Source: an uncultured Desulfosarcina sp.
Lineage (GTDB): Bacteria; Desulfobacterota; Desulfobacteria; Desulfobacterales; Desulfosarcinaceae
NCBI GenBank assembly: GCA_963674945.2
Contig: CAXXWQ010000002.1
Span: 64,001-128,000, forward strand
Reading direction: 5' to 3'
Length of the DNA stretch: 64,000 bases
Made by a program: the position numbers and the translations under genes. The notes beneath the pieces are model-generated. The model did not search any database, was not told where the DNA came from, and worked only from the letters and a program-made list of their open reading frames with translations. Shown piece after piece: positions 49,296 through 59,668 of the stretch (position 1 is its first letter; every line of letters begins with the position of its first letter).

Positions 49296-50042
49296 ATGCA
49301 ATTGCCACAAATCATCACTAAAACCATTAAAAAATCCCTGCATATGTTAGGGTTTGACATTATCCACTGGAAAAACAGCCCAAGTTTATCACTTCTTGGT
49401 CTTCACAAAATGAAGATTCGAACAATAATCGATGTGGGTGCCAATACAGGTCAATTTGCCCAATCAATTTCTCAACCATTTCCTAGCGCTAAGCTTTATT
49501 GCTTCGAACCCCTTCCCGGCCCTTATTCAAATTTGTCGGAATGGGCGGACAGACAAAAAGGGCGAGTTGTAGCGTTTAATTTAGCCCTTGGAGATGAAGA
49601 GAAAGAAATCGATATGTTTCTCCACGAAACGCATACCCCATCATCTTCAATATTGCATACGACAAAAATCAATGATCGGCAATATCCATTTACGAAAAAA
49701 CAAAGTAAGATCTGTGTGAGGCAAACGACTTTGGATTCTGCGTTTAACTCAGAAGATTTTGAGTTAGAACCAGACATATTGATAAAAGTCGATGTCCAAG
49801 GTTACGAGAATCGTGTTATTGCGGGAGGGAGAAGTACATTTACAGCTGCATCGGCATGCATTTTGGAGATTTGTATTGATCACTTATATGAAGGCCAGGC
49901 GGATTTCGAAGAATTATTCCTCATGTTACGAGATTTGAATTATCAATATGCTGGTAACTTGAGTCAAGTTTACGGCGATGACGGACATTGTGTTTATATC
50001 GATGCGCTTTTCATCAATTTTAGCCCGGCAGATATCGTTTAA
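49296..50042 (+). CDS. FkbM-family methyltransferase
   Basis: IDVGANTGQF, FEP, KVDVQGYE. Confidence 0.92.
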   Translation: MQLPQIITKTIKKSLHMLGFDIIHWKNSPSLSLLGLHKMKIRTIIDVGANTGQFAQSISQPFPSAKLYCFEPLPGPYSNLSEWADRQKGRVVAFNLALGDEEKEIDMFLHETHTPSSSILHTTKINDRQYPFTKKQSKICVRQTTLDSAFNSEDFELEPDILIKVDVQGYENRVIAGGRSTFTAASACILEICIDHLYEGQADFEELFLMLRDLNYQYAGNLSQVYGDDGHCVYIDALFINFSPADIV

Positions 50043-50056
50043 GCAATATTCTTTAG

Positions 50057-51556
50057 ATGGGAAATCGATTCACCAAAAACCTCTTGTCTGCAGCCGTTCA
50101 GACAATTCTCCAAATGGCGATTTTGGTGTTACTCTATCGGTATTTGGTGAATCGGGTCGGGATCGATAATTTAGGAATCTGGTCCATTGTTTTAGCTGTT
50201 GTTTCGGTAGCTCGGATTAGTGAGATTGGGTTCGGTGGGAGTATTGTTAAGTATGTAGCTGCTTACCACTCGCAAGGGAACAAGGTCGCTACAGCTGAGC
50301 TCCTGCAGACAGCAGCGATAAGCGTCGGAGTATTGGTTGCTCTATTTATTTTTATAGCCTATCCACTGCTACGATTGGTTCTGCCCTATGTTTTACCCGA
50401 TGTCGGGCTGGACGCCGCGCAGAATATTTTACCATATTGCCTCGTATCCTTGTGGTTAACATCAATAGCGGAAATTTGGATGAATGCTTTGGATGCATTT
50501 TTCCATAGTGAACTACGGGCAGTAGCTATGATATTTGGAAGCGTTGCCTTTTTTTTCTTTGCGATGTTAGGCGTATCTCGCTACGGTTTGGTTGGGTTAG
50601 CGATTGCACAGGTAATCCAAAGCGCAATCCTTGTTTCGATCGGCTGGGCGATTCTTCGCAAAGTTTTACCTACCTTGCCAGTTATTCCAATGCAATGGAA
50701 TTACATGCGATTTAAGGAAATGATAGGCTATGGTATTCGCTTTCAAACCAATTTTGTCATGACACTTTTGTTTATACCGGCTACTAAATTATTGATTGGA
50801 CGATTGGGTGGCCTATCTTCGGCCGGCTACTTTGAGATGGCTCAACAAATAGTTCTCAAAATCAGAGCAATTGTGGTTGATAGCAACCGCGTTATCGTAC
50901 CGGTTTATGCGAGTATGGAAGCAATTGAACAAGATGTACACAACCTCTATCGGAACAACACGAAAAACCTTTTCTTTTTTATTACACCGGTATTTTCGGT
51001 CTTTATCGCCATGATACCAGCAATTTGCGAGATATGGATTGGTAGTTTACAGCCTCAATTTATCGTAATGAGTAGTTGGATCGCCTTTGCCTGGTTTATC
51101 AACATTGTTTCTTCACCTGCATATTTTGCCTATTTAGGGAAGGGTAATTTATATTGGGTTGTCTTTTCTCACATTGCAATGGGTGGAATCAATATCATTG
51201 CAGGGATCATATTTGGCAATTTATTCGGCTGGAAAGGTGTTCTATCAGCATTTGTTGGAGCGCTGATTCTTGGCAGTATTATTCCCACATGGGCATATCA
51301 TTATGAGCATTGTATTGAACTTAGGCAGGTTTTTAGGCGTTCGGATATAATATCTGTTGTGGTTAGCTTTAGTGCATCGATAATTGCATTGTTAGGATAC
51401 TTAGCGATGGCAAATGCATCGTTGATAGATAAATGGCAACGGATCGAGATAGTGGGCCTATTCATTTGCATTGTTTCAATAGTCATCTTTTTATTAAATC
51501 CTTTACGTTCTAAACTCTTTTCAGCCGGAAGTTCTTTTTTAAGAAGTTATCTATGA
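50057..51556 (+). CDS. wzx: Wzx-like oligosaccharide flippase
   Basis: 499 aa, many TM segments, polysaccharide-biosynthesis pattern, cluster context. Confidence 0.82.
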   Translation: MGNRFTKNLLSAAVQTILQMAILVLLYRYLVNRVGIDNLGIWSIVLAVVSVARISEIGFGGSIVKYVAAYHSQGNKVATAELLQTAAISVGVLVALFIFIAYPLLRLVLPYVLPDVGLDAAQNILPYCLVSLWLTSIAEIWMNALDAFFHSELRAVAMIFGSVAFFFFAMLGVSRYGLVGLAIAQVIQSAILVSIGWAILRKVLPTLPVIPMQWNYMRFKEMIGYGIRFQTNFVMTLLFIPATKLLIGRLGGLSSAGYFEMAQQIVLKIRAIVVDSNRVIVPVYASMEAIEQDVHNLYRNNTKNLFFFITPVFSVFIAMIPAICEIWIGSLQPQFIVMSSWIAFAWFINIVSSPAYFAYLGKGNLYWVVFSHIAMGGINIIAGIIFGNLFGWKGVLSAFVGALILGSIIPTWAYHYEHCIELRQVFRRSDIISVVVSFSASIIALLGYLAMANASLIDKWQRIEIVGLFICIVSIVIFLLNPLRSKLFSAGSSFLRSYL

Positions 51557-51644
51557 AGAATGAAGATAGCATACATAACCGTTTATGACAAAACAATGCG
51601 TCTTAATTCTAATAAATAAAATACTCGTTATAAAAATATAATAA

Positions 51645-52901
51645 ATGCGCAAAGCAATTCAGCAGATATTAATTGATTCCATTATTTTCTTAATTCCTGC
51701 CTTAAAATTTATTGAAATTGAAACAGTTGGAAGGCTATTATTTACCGATATTGTATTTTTAGCTTTATTTCCGATAATTTTAATATTAAAATTTAATAAA
51801 TTACACAAACGAATAGTAATTCAAATCATAATATTAGGCTTAATTTGGCTTTCAAGCCAAGTGCTAACAGATATAATCAGGGGAACACCTAGTAATGATT
51901 ACTATCGCGGATGGGCAAAGATTATTGTAACAACTATTCATTTCTGTATAATCTATCTTATAATCAATAATAATCGGCGAATTGTTGTTTTTATACTTGG
52001 ATTATGTGCCGGCGATATACTAGGATATTTTTTTAATCCGAATATTTACTCCCTATATTTCCCATGGAAATTTGGATTTGGCTCTCCGGTAACCTATATT
52101 TTAATTTTATTGGCCTGCATATTTTTTAATAGATATTTTGTTATCAGCATTATCCTTCTTATATTTTCAAGTATAATAAATTTATACATGGACTTTAGAT
52201 CCTTGTCCGGGATATGTTTTATAACAGTCATATATTTATTAATTCAGGAGTCTGTGCTCAAAACAAATAATATCCAAGCTCGTTTGAAATTAAAAGATAT
52301 TGTTGTTCTTTTTTCCATATTACTCCTTTCCGGCCTTACATTTTTAAAAGGTTATGAAACTCTTGCAAAAAAGGGCTTGCTGGGCGAATCTGCGCAAATG
52401 AAATATTATTATCAATCCTCTGGAGATTATGGAATTATTGTAGGAGGAAGAAGCGAAATCCTCATCTCCATCTATGCAATTGTTCATTCGCCTTTGGTCG
52501 GATATGGTTCTTGGGCAAAAAATTATCAGTTCATTGAACTTCTTAACAATTTTATGAATAATTTAGGATATGTGCAACCATTCTTAGGTGCGTCTGATGT
52601 AATACCAACACACTCCCATTTTTTTGGTTCATGGGTTGAATCTGGTATTGGTGGTGCTTTATTTTGGGGTTTTATAATAACGTTAATCCTTCGAGTATTT
52701 ATTACCAGACAGAATAAAAACAATTTAATGACACCACTTATTATATTTGTTTCCTTTCATTTATTATGGGATATCTTTTTTTCGCCATTTGGATCCGACC
52801 AACGGTTTATTGAGCCTCTGTTTTTTACAATCATGATAAATTACCTTCCGGAAAATTATACCGAAAGAGCTAGATCAATTTATGCACGGTCTATCGGATA
52901 A
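51645..52901 (+). CDS. Putative Wzy polymerase
   Basis: Very hydrophobic, AT-rich, THSHFFGSWVESGIGG periplasmic-loop motif. Confidence 0.72.
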   Translation: MRKAIQQILIDSIIFLIPALKFIEIETVGRLLFTDIVFLALFPIILILKFNKLHKRIVIQIIILGLIWLSSQVLTDIIRGTPSNDYYRGWAKIIVTTIHFCIIYLIINNNRRIVVFILGLCAGDILGYFFNPNIYSLYFPWKFGFGSPVTYILILLACIFFNRYFVISIILLIFSSIINLYMDFRSLSGICFITVIYLLIQESVLKTNNIQARLKLKDIVVLFSILLLSGLTFLKGYETLAKKGLLGESAQMKYYYQSSGDYGIIVGGRSEILISIYAIVHSPLVGYGSWAKNYQFIELLNNFMNNLGYVQPFLGASDVIPTHSHFFGSWVESGIGGALFWGFIITLILRVFITRQNKNNLMTPLIIFVSFHLLWDIFFSPFGSDQRFIEPLFFTIMINYLPENYTERARSIYARSIG

Positions 52902-53688
52902 GCGTCTAAAGATTTCTATTGTAACAATTTCATATAATCAAGGCAAATTTTTAGAACAAACAATCTTGTCTGTAATCAATCAATGTTACGAAAATATAGA
53001 ATATATAATTGTAGATCCGGGGTCTACCGATAGAAGCCGAGAAATTATAAATAAGTATTCGGACCATTTTAGCCATATCGTCTTAGAGCCTGATGCGGGA
53101 CCTTCCGATGGACTGAACAAAGGGTTTTTAAGAGCGACTGGTGATATATATGGTTTTATAAACTCGGATGATAAGCTGTTACCCGATGCATTACACAAAG
53201 TATCAGAGTTTTTTAAAAACAATAAACATGCCGATGTCATTTCGGGGCATAGCCTGATCATAGATGAAAGAAATGAAATTCTAAGAAAATGCTACTCGAA
53301 TAAATTTTCTCTCAAAATGAATGCATATGGCGCATGTACATTGATGCAGCCATCAACATTTTTTCGAAAAGATTGCTTCCATAAAACCACTGGATTTAAT
53401 ATTAAAAATTGTTGCTGTTGGGATGATGAACTTTTTGTTGATATGGGTTTAAATGGGGCATCATTTCATATAATCAATGAGTTTCTGAGTTCATTTCGAA
53501 TTCATTCAAACAGTATTAACGCCTCAGGGTGTTTAGATCAAGAAACATTAGAATATTATGATCGGAAATTTTATAAAATCATCAATCGAAAAAAAGAAGG
53601 GAAAGATGCAATACTGAGTCTCTATTACAAATTGATCAAACATATTAGAAATCCATCAAATTTGATAGAAAAGTTACGAAAAAGGTAA
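52882..53688 (+). CDS. Glycosyltransferase family 2 (WcaE-like)
   Basis: SIVTISYNQ, VDPGSTD, INSDD, QPSTFF. Confidence 0.92.
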   Translation: MHGLSDKRLKISIVTISYNQGKFLEQTILSVINQCYENIEYIIVDPGSTDRSREIINKYSDHFSHIVLEPDAGPSDGLNKGFLRATGDIYGFINSDDKLLPDALHKVSEFFKNNKHADVISGHSLIIDERNEILRKCYSNKFSLKMNAYGACTLMQPSTFFRKDCFHKTTGFNIKNCCCWDDELFVDMGLNGASFHIINEFLSSFRIHSNSINASGCLDQETLEYYDRKFYKIINRKKEGKDAILSLYYKLIKHIRNPSNLIEKLRKR

Positions 53689-53936
53689 AATTTATAAGAG
53701 AACGCTTCATAGAAGCTATGAAATTCATATATTTTCGTCAACTTCCAATAGAATGATGAAAGATAATGGTAATTAAGATAGCCTAATTAACTTTATATCC
53801 TCTTTATAAAATTGGAATTAATTGGGTCGGCACTACCTAATGCATACTTTGTTAAAGAGATATGACTTCTTGCCGTTTGCTAAAACCGATTTATATTTGA
53901 AGGTTGCTAAAGGAAAAAATATAAGGAAATAAGTAC

Positions 53937-54758
53937 TTGGCAACGATCACCGCGATAATTCTCACACTAAATGAAGAGAATAATATTGAGTCATGTCTTT
54001 CCTATCTAAATTGGACTGATCGAAATCTCATTGTTGATTCCGGAAGTTCTGATAAAACCATTGAGATTGCAAGAAAACTTGGCTGCGATATATACTCGAA
54101 TTCTTGGGAAGGATTTGCCGCCCAGCGAAATTGGGCACTTGAACATACCGAAATTACAACGGAATGGGTTTTGTTTGTTGATGCTGATGAAGAAATTACT
54201 CCGGCTTTACAGACGGAAATACGTAAAACCCTTGAAACGACAACGAATAATGCATTATATCTTTGCTCAAAAATAATGTTGTTTGGGAAATGGGTGAAAA
54301 GAAGCGCAAACTTTCCCGTATGGCACCCTAGAATTTTGCGCTACGGCGAAGCTAACTTCAAAAATGCGGTAACCGGACATGGAGAAACCTGGGAGGTTCA
54401 GGGCAACACCGGCTACTTGCAAGAGCCCTATACACATTATGCATTTTCAAAGGGACTCGGCTTCTGGTTTGAAAAGCACAACAGATTATCCGGCATTGAG
54501 AGTGAGGCGTATAAACGGAATCAATGTACAAGTGCCAGAAAAATGAATAGCCTTTTTTCAAAAGATAAACACAAAAAAAGGCAGGCTCTCAGGGCGCTTT
54601 CTTACAAACTCCCCTTTCGTCCTTTCATCAGGTTCTTTTATAATCTGCTTATTAAAGGTGGAATTCTTGATGGCCCAGCCGGATGGACCTATTGTTCCCT
54701 TTATTTAGCCTATGAGATAATGATATCTGCGAAAATACAAGAATTTCGGCAATCATGA
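53937..54758 (+). CDS. Glycosyltransferase family 2
   Basis: ILTLNEE, VDSGSSD, QRNWAL, FVDADE; TTG start. Confidence 0.92.
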   Translation: MATITAIILTLNEENNIESCLSYLNWTDRNLIVDSGSSDKTIEIARKLGCDIYSNSWEGFAAQRNWALEHTEITTEWVLFVDADEEITPALQTEIRKTLETTTNNALYLCSKIMLFGKWVKRSANFPVWHPRILRYGEANFKNAVTGHGETWEVQGNTGYLQEPYTHYAFSKGLGFWFEKHNRLSGIESEAYKRNQCTSARKMNSLFSKDKHKKRQALRALSYKLPFRPFIRFFYNLLIKGGILDGPAGWTYCSLYLAYEIMISAKIQEFRQS

Positions 54759-54795
54759 AAATTCAGCCAATTGTTGCTTTGATAACTCTTGTTCA

Positions 54796-55995
54796 ATGAA
54801 GGTAGTTTTTGTCACAACCCATTACCCTCCATCCAAAGGATTCGGGGGGGTATGCGAATCGGGATATGGATTATCAAGAGCCCTGGCACGCTCAGGAGTA
54901 ACCGTAGACGTGATTACGAGCGATTCAACGTTAGGTGACAGGCTACCCTTTCCGGCGTTTGCCGACTACGAAGAAAATAACCTGAAAATTTTTCCATTCA
55001 GATATCTGTACAGCGAAAAGAATTGCTTTTCCTGTGAAGCGATAACGGTTCTTCGAAAGCTCATTCCAAAAAGCGATATTGTGCATGTCAACGGTATTTT
55101 TACTCATCCTGTGGCTCTTGGTGCCATGTTTTCAAGGTACTATAAAAAGCCTTACCTCGTCACCACACATAATGGACTGAATCCAAAGATATTTAAAATG
55201 CGGCGAATTAAAAAAAGGGCCGGGTTTCTGGGCTACGTAAGAAAAGATTTGCAGTACGCCAACTGCATTCACGCGACCTCCAACAAAGAAATGCACGCTA
55301 TCAAATCGATGGGAATTAAAAACACCTTTACGATCATTCCTAATGGTATCAATCCATCTGATTTCGAAAACCTTCCCAATAGCAGTGTTGCTGAATATAA
55401 GTGGCCCGCTCTCAAAGATAAGGCAGTTGTTCTATTCTTATCGCGCCTGGGTCCTGAGAAAGGATTGGATCTACTTTTACCTGCATGGGATACTGTAAAA
55501 GAAAAATGCCCTGATGCTTACCTGGTGATCGCCGGTCCGGATTCCAATGGCTTTTCTTCTTATGTACACAAATTGGCAAGCCAATCCCTTTTCCCAGAAT
55601 CGATATTCTTTACCGGCGGTGTATGGGGAAAGGATAAACTCTCGCTTTATTCAAGGGCTGAAATTTTCATACTTCCATCCCATGCGGAAAATTTCGGCAT
55701 CGTCATCGCCGAAGCCCTTGCATGCGGAAAACCTGTGATCACGACTACGGCAACGCCTTGGAATGATATTGAAAAAAACAAATGTGGGAAATGGGTCCAC
55801 GCAAATAGTAGGGACATAGCGAAAGCTTTATTGGATCTATTGTCGATTTCAACAGCGGAGAGACAGCAAATGGGACAAAGAGGCAAAAATTTTGTCACAA
55901 GATCCTACAGCTGGGATATCGTTGCCGACAAATTCGTCTCTGTCTATCAATCCATATTGAGCGGTAATGAGGTTTGCCCTCAACCCAAACTTTAA
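54796..55995 (+). CDS. Glycosyltransferase family 4
   Basis: IIPNG, FLSRLGPEKG, ENFGIVIAEALACG. Confidence 0.93.
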   Translation: MKVVFVTTHYPPSKGFGGVCESGYGLSRALARSGVTVDVITSDSTLGDRLPFPAFADYEENNLKIFPFRYLYSEKNCFSCEAITVLRKLIPKSDIVHVNGIFTHPVALGAMFSRYYKKPYLVTTHNGLNPKIFKMRRIKKRAGFLGYVRKDLQYANCIHATSNKEMHAIKSMGIKNTFTIIPNGINPSDFENLPNSSVAEYKWPALKDKAVVLFLSRLGPEKGLDLLLPAWDTVKEKCPDAYLVIAGPDSNGFSSYVHKLASQSLFPESIFFTGGVWGKDKLSLYSRAEIFILPSHAENFGIVIAEALACGKPVITTTATPWNDIEKNKCGKWVHANSRDIAKALLDLLSISTAERQQMGQRGKNFVTRSYSWDIVADKFVSVYQSILSGNEVCPQPKL

Positions 55996-56020
55996 ACGAT
56001 ATGGTCCAGAACATTACTAT

Positions 56021-57079
56021 ATGAAAATTACCATATTATGGTCACAACTCGCCGACTATTCGATCGCTTTTTTTAAATCGCTAAAAGAACAGTGTGGGTG
56101 TGAAATTCAATTGATATACCAGCCGGTCAGCCATGATGCCCCGTATGGAAAATTTGACTTGTCATTTTGCATCGAATCGGATGAGGATTCATCCGAAAAA
56201 AGAAGCACAATAGAAACCCGCTGTATTCAGTTTAAACCTGATTGTGTTTTGATGAGTAGTTGGGGATTTCCCCATTATATGCGTATCGCAAAAAAGCTAA
56301 AGGATAATGGTTGTTATGTTGTCTCGGCCATGGACAATCAATGGCGCGGCACCATCAAGCAGTGGCTCGGAACCGTCTCATCGCGATGGTTTTTGAAGAG
56401 ATCGATCGATACTTTTCTAGTAGCTGGTGATCGCCAGGCTTTATTCGCCAGAAAACTTGGCTATGACGATGTGATGTACGGTTGTTATGCGGCAGATATT
56501 GAAAAGTATCGCATCGAAAAACAACTGAGCAAGCGAGAGAAGAACTTTCTCTATATAGGAAGATTAAAAAAAATAAAGGGTGTAGATATTCTTATCAATG
56601 CCTACCAGATATATAGAGATATGGTTGATAATCCTTGGGGGCTTATAATAGCCGGTACAGGCGAGATGGAATCGATTGGAAAAGGGATTAGCGGCATACA
56701 GCATCTCGGTTTTATGCCACCTGACCAGATCCCTATTACCATGGCATCAGCAAGATGTTTAATATTACCCAGCCGGTTTGAGCAATGGGGGGTGGTAATA
56801 CACGAGGCATCGGCTGCAGGACTTCCAATTATTTCCTCTCATGCATGCGGGGCCGTAACTGCATTTGTACGAGATGGTGTTAACGGCTACATAATCCCTC
56901 CAAAAGCTAACAAACTATCTCAGGCCATGTACCTTATTTCTGAAGCTAGTGATGAGGAATTAGAATTGATGAGTGAGTATAGCAAAAAACTATCAAGTCT
57001 GTGGAACCCTCATATCTTAGCCAGATATTTCTGCTCGAATATAAACTTTCGCTGCAAAGATACAATTCTTCTTTCATAG
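56021..57079 (+). CDS. Glycosyltransferase family 4
   Basis: YIGRLKKIKG, EQWGVVIHEASAAG; ATG 56021. Confidence 0.92.
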   Translation: MKITILWSQLADYSIAFFKSLKEQCGCEIQLIYQPVSHDAPYGKFDLSFCIESDEDSSEKRSTIETRCIQFKPDCVLMSSWGFPHYMRIAKKLKDNGCYVVSAMDNQWRGTIKQWLGTVSSRWFLKRSIDTFLVAGDRQALFARKLGYDDVMYGCYAADIEKYRIEKQLSKREKNFLYIGRLKKIKGVDILINAYQIYRDMVDNPWGLIIAGTGEMESIGKGISGIQHLGFMPPDQIPITMASARCLILPSRFEQWGVVIHEASAAGLPIISSHACGAVTAFVRDGVNGYIIPPKANKLSQAMYLISEASDEELELMSEYSKKLSSLWNPHILARYFCSNINFRCKDTILLS

Positions 57080-57082
57080 CAA

Positions 57083-58264
57083 ATGCGTATTGCCATACAC
57101 GACTATGCCGGATTTTCGTTTCTTTTCGATCTGAGCAATGAGCTTGCAAAAAGAGGTCACACGGTCTTGCATCTTTTTACCGAATCCAGTGGTGGCCCAG
57201 ACGGTATGATCGACCAAAAGCCATGCAAAGGGCTTTTCATCAAAAATATCCATATGGATCGCGTAAACAAAGACCATTTCTTGAAAAGATGGCAGCAGGA
57301 ACGAAAATATGGTGATCTTGCCGTGGCCGAGCTTAACAGTTGGCGCCCGGAGATCATCATTTCAGCGAACACACCATTGATGGCACAAAAAAAGATTATC
57401 GGTTGGGCGGATAGGAAGCGGGTCACCTCTGTATTTTGGCTCCATGATTTGCTGAGTGTCGCCGCTAGATCAATCATTTCCGACATTCATCCCGTCATTG
57501 GTCGACTGGCATATGCATATTTGAACAGAATTGAAGTCAGAGCCTTATCCCGGGCAGATCATATCATCGCCATTACAGATGATTTCATTCCCTTTTTGCG
57601 GCAATGGCACATCGACCCCACAAAGATCGGAATTATTCCCAACTGGGGGCCGATCGAGCGTATTCCCGTTTTACAGAGAAGAAACTTCTTTTCAGATCAA
57701 CATGGATTGAATGACAAATTCGTCGTTTTATACTCGGGCACCTTGGGCAAAAAGCAGGGGATTTCACTGATCATTGAAACCGCCACAAAATTGACCGGGC
57801 ATGATGATATCTGTTTTGTGATTGCGACAGACGAACGCGGACACGATTATTTGAAATGGCAATTGGCCGGCAGGGTTCTTCCCAACCTGATGCAGCTTCC
57901 GCTGCAGACACCAAGCCGCTATCCGTATCTTCTGGCATCGGCGGATCTGCTGTTGGTTTCTCTTGACAAAGAAGCGGGAGCTTATTGCGTTCCCTCGAAA
58001 CTCTGGGCTGCATTTTGTGCCCAGAGAGCGTCGATCGTTGCCATCGACAGAGAAAACCTATGTGCACGAATAACAAATGAGATCAGCGCCGGTGTGGTGA
58101 TCAGCCCGAATTCAGTTGACCAGTGCGTGTCGGCAATAACGGAACTGAAAATCAATGGGCCACTGCGATTGGATATGGGAAAACGGGCAAGGCGTTACGC
58201 AGAACGATTTTTCCCCATATCGAACGTCGCCGACACTTTCGAAACAATACTTGAAGCCAGATGA
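57083..58264 (+). CDS. Glycosyltransferase family 4 (WcaI-like)
   Basis: IIPNW, LYSGTLGKKQG, VPSKL. Confidence 0.9.
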   Translation: MRIAIHDYAGFSFLFDLSNELAKRGHTVLHLFTESSGGPDGMIDQKPCKGLFIKNIHMDRVNKDHFLKRWQQERKYGDLAVAELNSWRPEIIISANTPLMAQKKIIGWADRKRVTSVFWLHDLLSVAARSIISDIHPVIGRLAYAYLNRIEVRALSRADHIIAITDDFIPFLRQWHIDPTKIGIIPNWGPIERIPVLQRRNFFSDQHGLNDKFVVLYSGTLGKKQGISLIIETATKLTGHDDICFVIATDERGHDYLKWQLAGRVLPNLMQLPLQTPSRYPYLLASADLLLVSLDKEAGAYCVPSKLWAAFCAQRASIVAIDRENLCARITNEISAGVVISPNSVDQCVSAITELKINGPLRLDMGKRARRYAERFFPISNVADTFETILEAR

Positions 58265-58273
58265 GGTAATCGG

Positions 58274-59635
58274 ATGGGCAATGGTAAATCCAAGCTTCTT
58301 TTCATCATCGATCTGACATTCCTGCTCTTTTTCTTCTTCTTTGTATATAAAGGTTATACGGGTGAGACGACGATACCGTTGAAAGGAAGCATTTTGATGG
58401 GCCTCGTCGTCATCGCATGGTTCCTGATATCGGTCGACTCCAATATCCTTCGGATCGACACCACATCCCATACAATCGATACGCTGAAAGATATTTTCAT
58501 TGCCTATTCGGTATTAAGCACCTTCACGATCGCAACCGTTGCCATATTCGGTGAGTTCAGGCCCAACGACAAACTGATCCTCTACCCGCTATTGTTCAGT
58601 GCCATCTCTTCCGCGATCCTGCGTCTGTCCTATCGGATCATCAACAGACAATTTTTTAAATACGGGTATCGGCAAAAATCCGTATTGATAATTGGAAGCA
58701 GGGGGGCGGCCAGACAACTCATTAACAAGCTGTTATCCACGCCCGAACTGGGACTAAAAATCTTTGGGATCTTGGCGGACACGCCCCCTGAAGGTCAACT
58801 GAAGAAATACTATTTGGGGAAGATTGAGAAATTTAATAAAATATTGGGAACGCATCCCATTGATGAAGTCATCATTGCCAAACCATTGACAGAAGTGCAG
58901 ACCATTACGCGCATTGCCGAGAGCTGCGAGGGACGGGGTGTGCGATTTTACATCGCGCCGGACTTTCACAATATTATTCCCAAGTGGACAATCCTCACAT
59001 CACTTGGCGATATTCCCGTTATTGCCTTGCGAAACGAACCATTGAACGTATTTGGCAACCGCATCGTCAAGCGCATTTTTGATATCCTGGTCTCTTTTTC
59101 CGCTCTTCTGCTTCTTTCCCCCATTTTGGCATTTATTGCCATCTCCATTAAGATGACCTCCCCCGGCCCCGTTTTGTTCAGGCAAAAACGAATCGGAAGC
59201 AACAATCTCGAATTTACATTGCTCAAATTCAGAACAATGACCGTTCAATCGCCTGCTGAATCGAATACCACCTGGACCCTTCCCGATGACCGGCGCGTAA
59301 CACCTTTCGGCAAGGTATTGCGTCAAACCAATCTGGATGAATTGCCACAGCTCTGGAATGTCCTCGTCGGTGACATGAGTATTGTCGGGCCGCGTCCGGA
59401 ACGAAAGCATTTTGTAGAAAAATTCAGTATGGAAATCCCCAATTACCGAACGCGGCATCTGATCAAGTCCGGTATCACCGGTCTTGCCCAGGCCAATGGG
59501 TGGCGAGGTAACACATCGATCCGGAAAAGAGTCGAAAATGATCTCTACTACATAGAGAACTGGAGCCTTTGGCTCGATCTGAAAATCATCGCAAAAACAT
59601 TTTTAAACCCTGCAGCATGGAAAAACGCCATATAA
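58274..59635 (+). CDS. Undecaprenyl-phosphate sugar phosphotransferase (WcaJ-like priming enzyme)
   Basis: [43 protein letters not shown]. Confidence 0.95.
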   Translation: MGNGKSKLLFIIDLTFLLFFFFFVYKGYTGETTIPLKGSILMGLVVIAWFLISVDSNILRIDTTSHTIDTLKDIFIAYSVLSTFTIATVAIFGEFRPNDKLILYPLLFSAISSAILRLSYRIINRQFFKYGYRQKSVLIIGSRGAARQLINKLLSTPELGLKIFGILADTPPEGQLKKYYLGKIEKFNKILGTHPIDEVIIAKPLTEVQTITRIAESCEGRGVRFYIAPDFHNIIPKWTILTSLGDIPVIALRNEPLNVFGNRIVKRIFDILVSFSALLLLSPILAFIAISIKMTSPGPVLFRQKRIGSNNLEFTLLKFRTMTVQSPAESNTTWTLPDDRRVTPFGKVLRQTNLDELPQLWNVLVGDMSIVGPRPERKHFVEKFSMEIPNYRTRHLIKSGITGLAQANGWRGNTSIRKRVENDLYYIENWSLWLDLKIIAKTFLNPAAWKNAI

Positions 59636-59668
59636 CACGTTTTTATGAAAAAGAGTTGAACACGTTGC

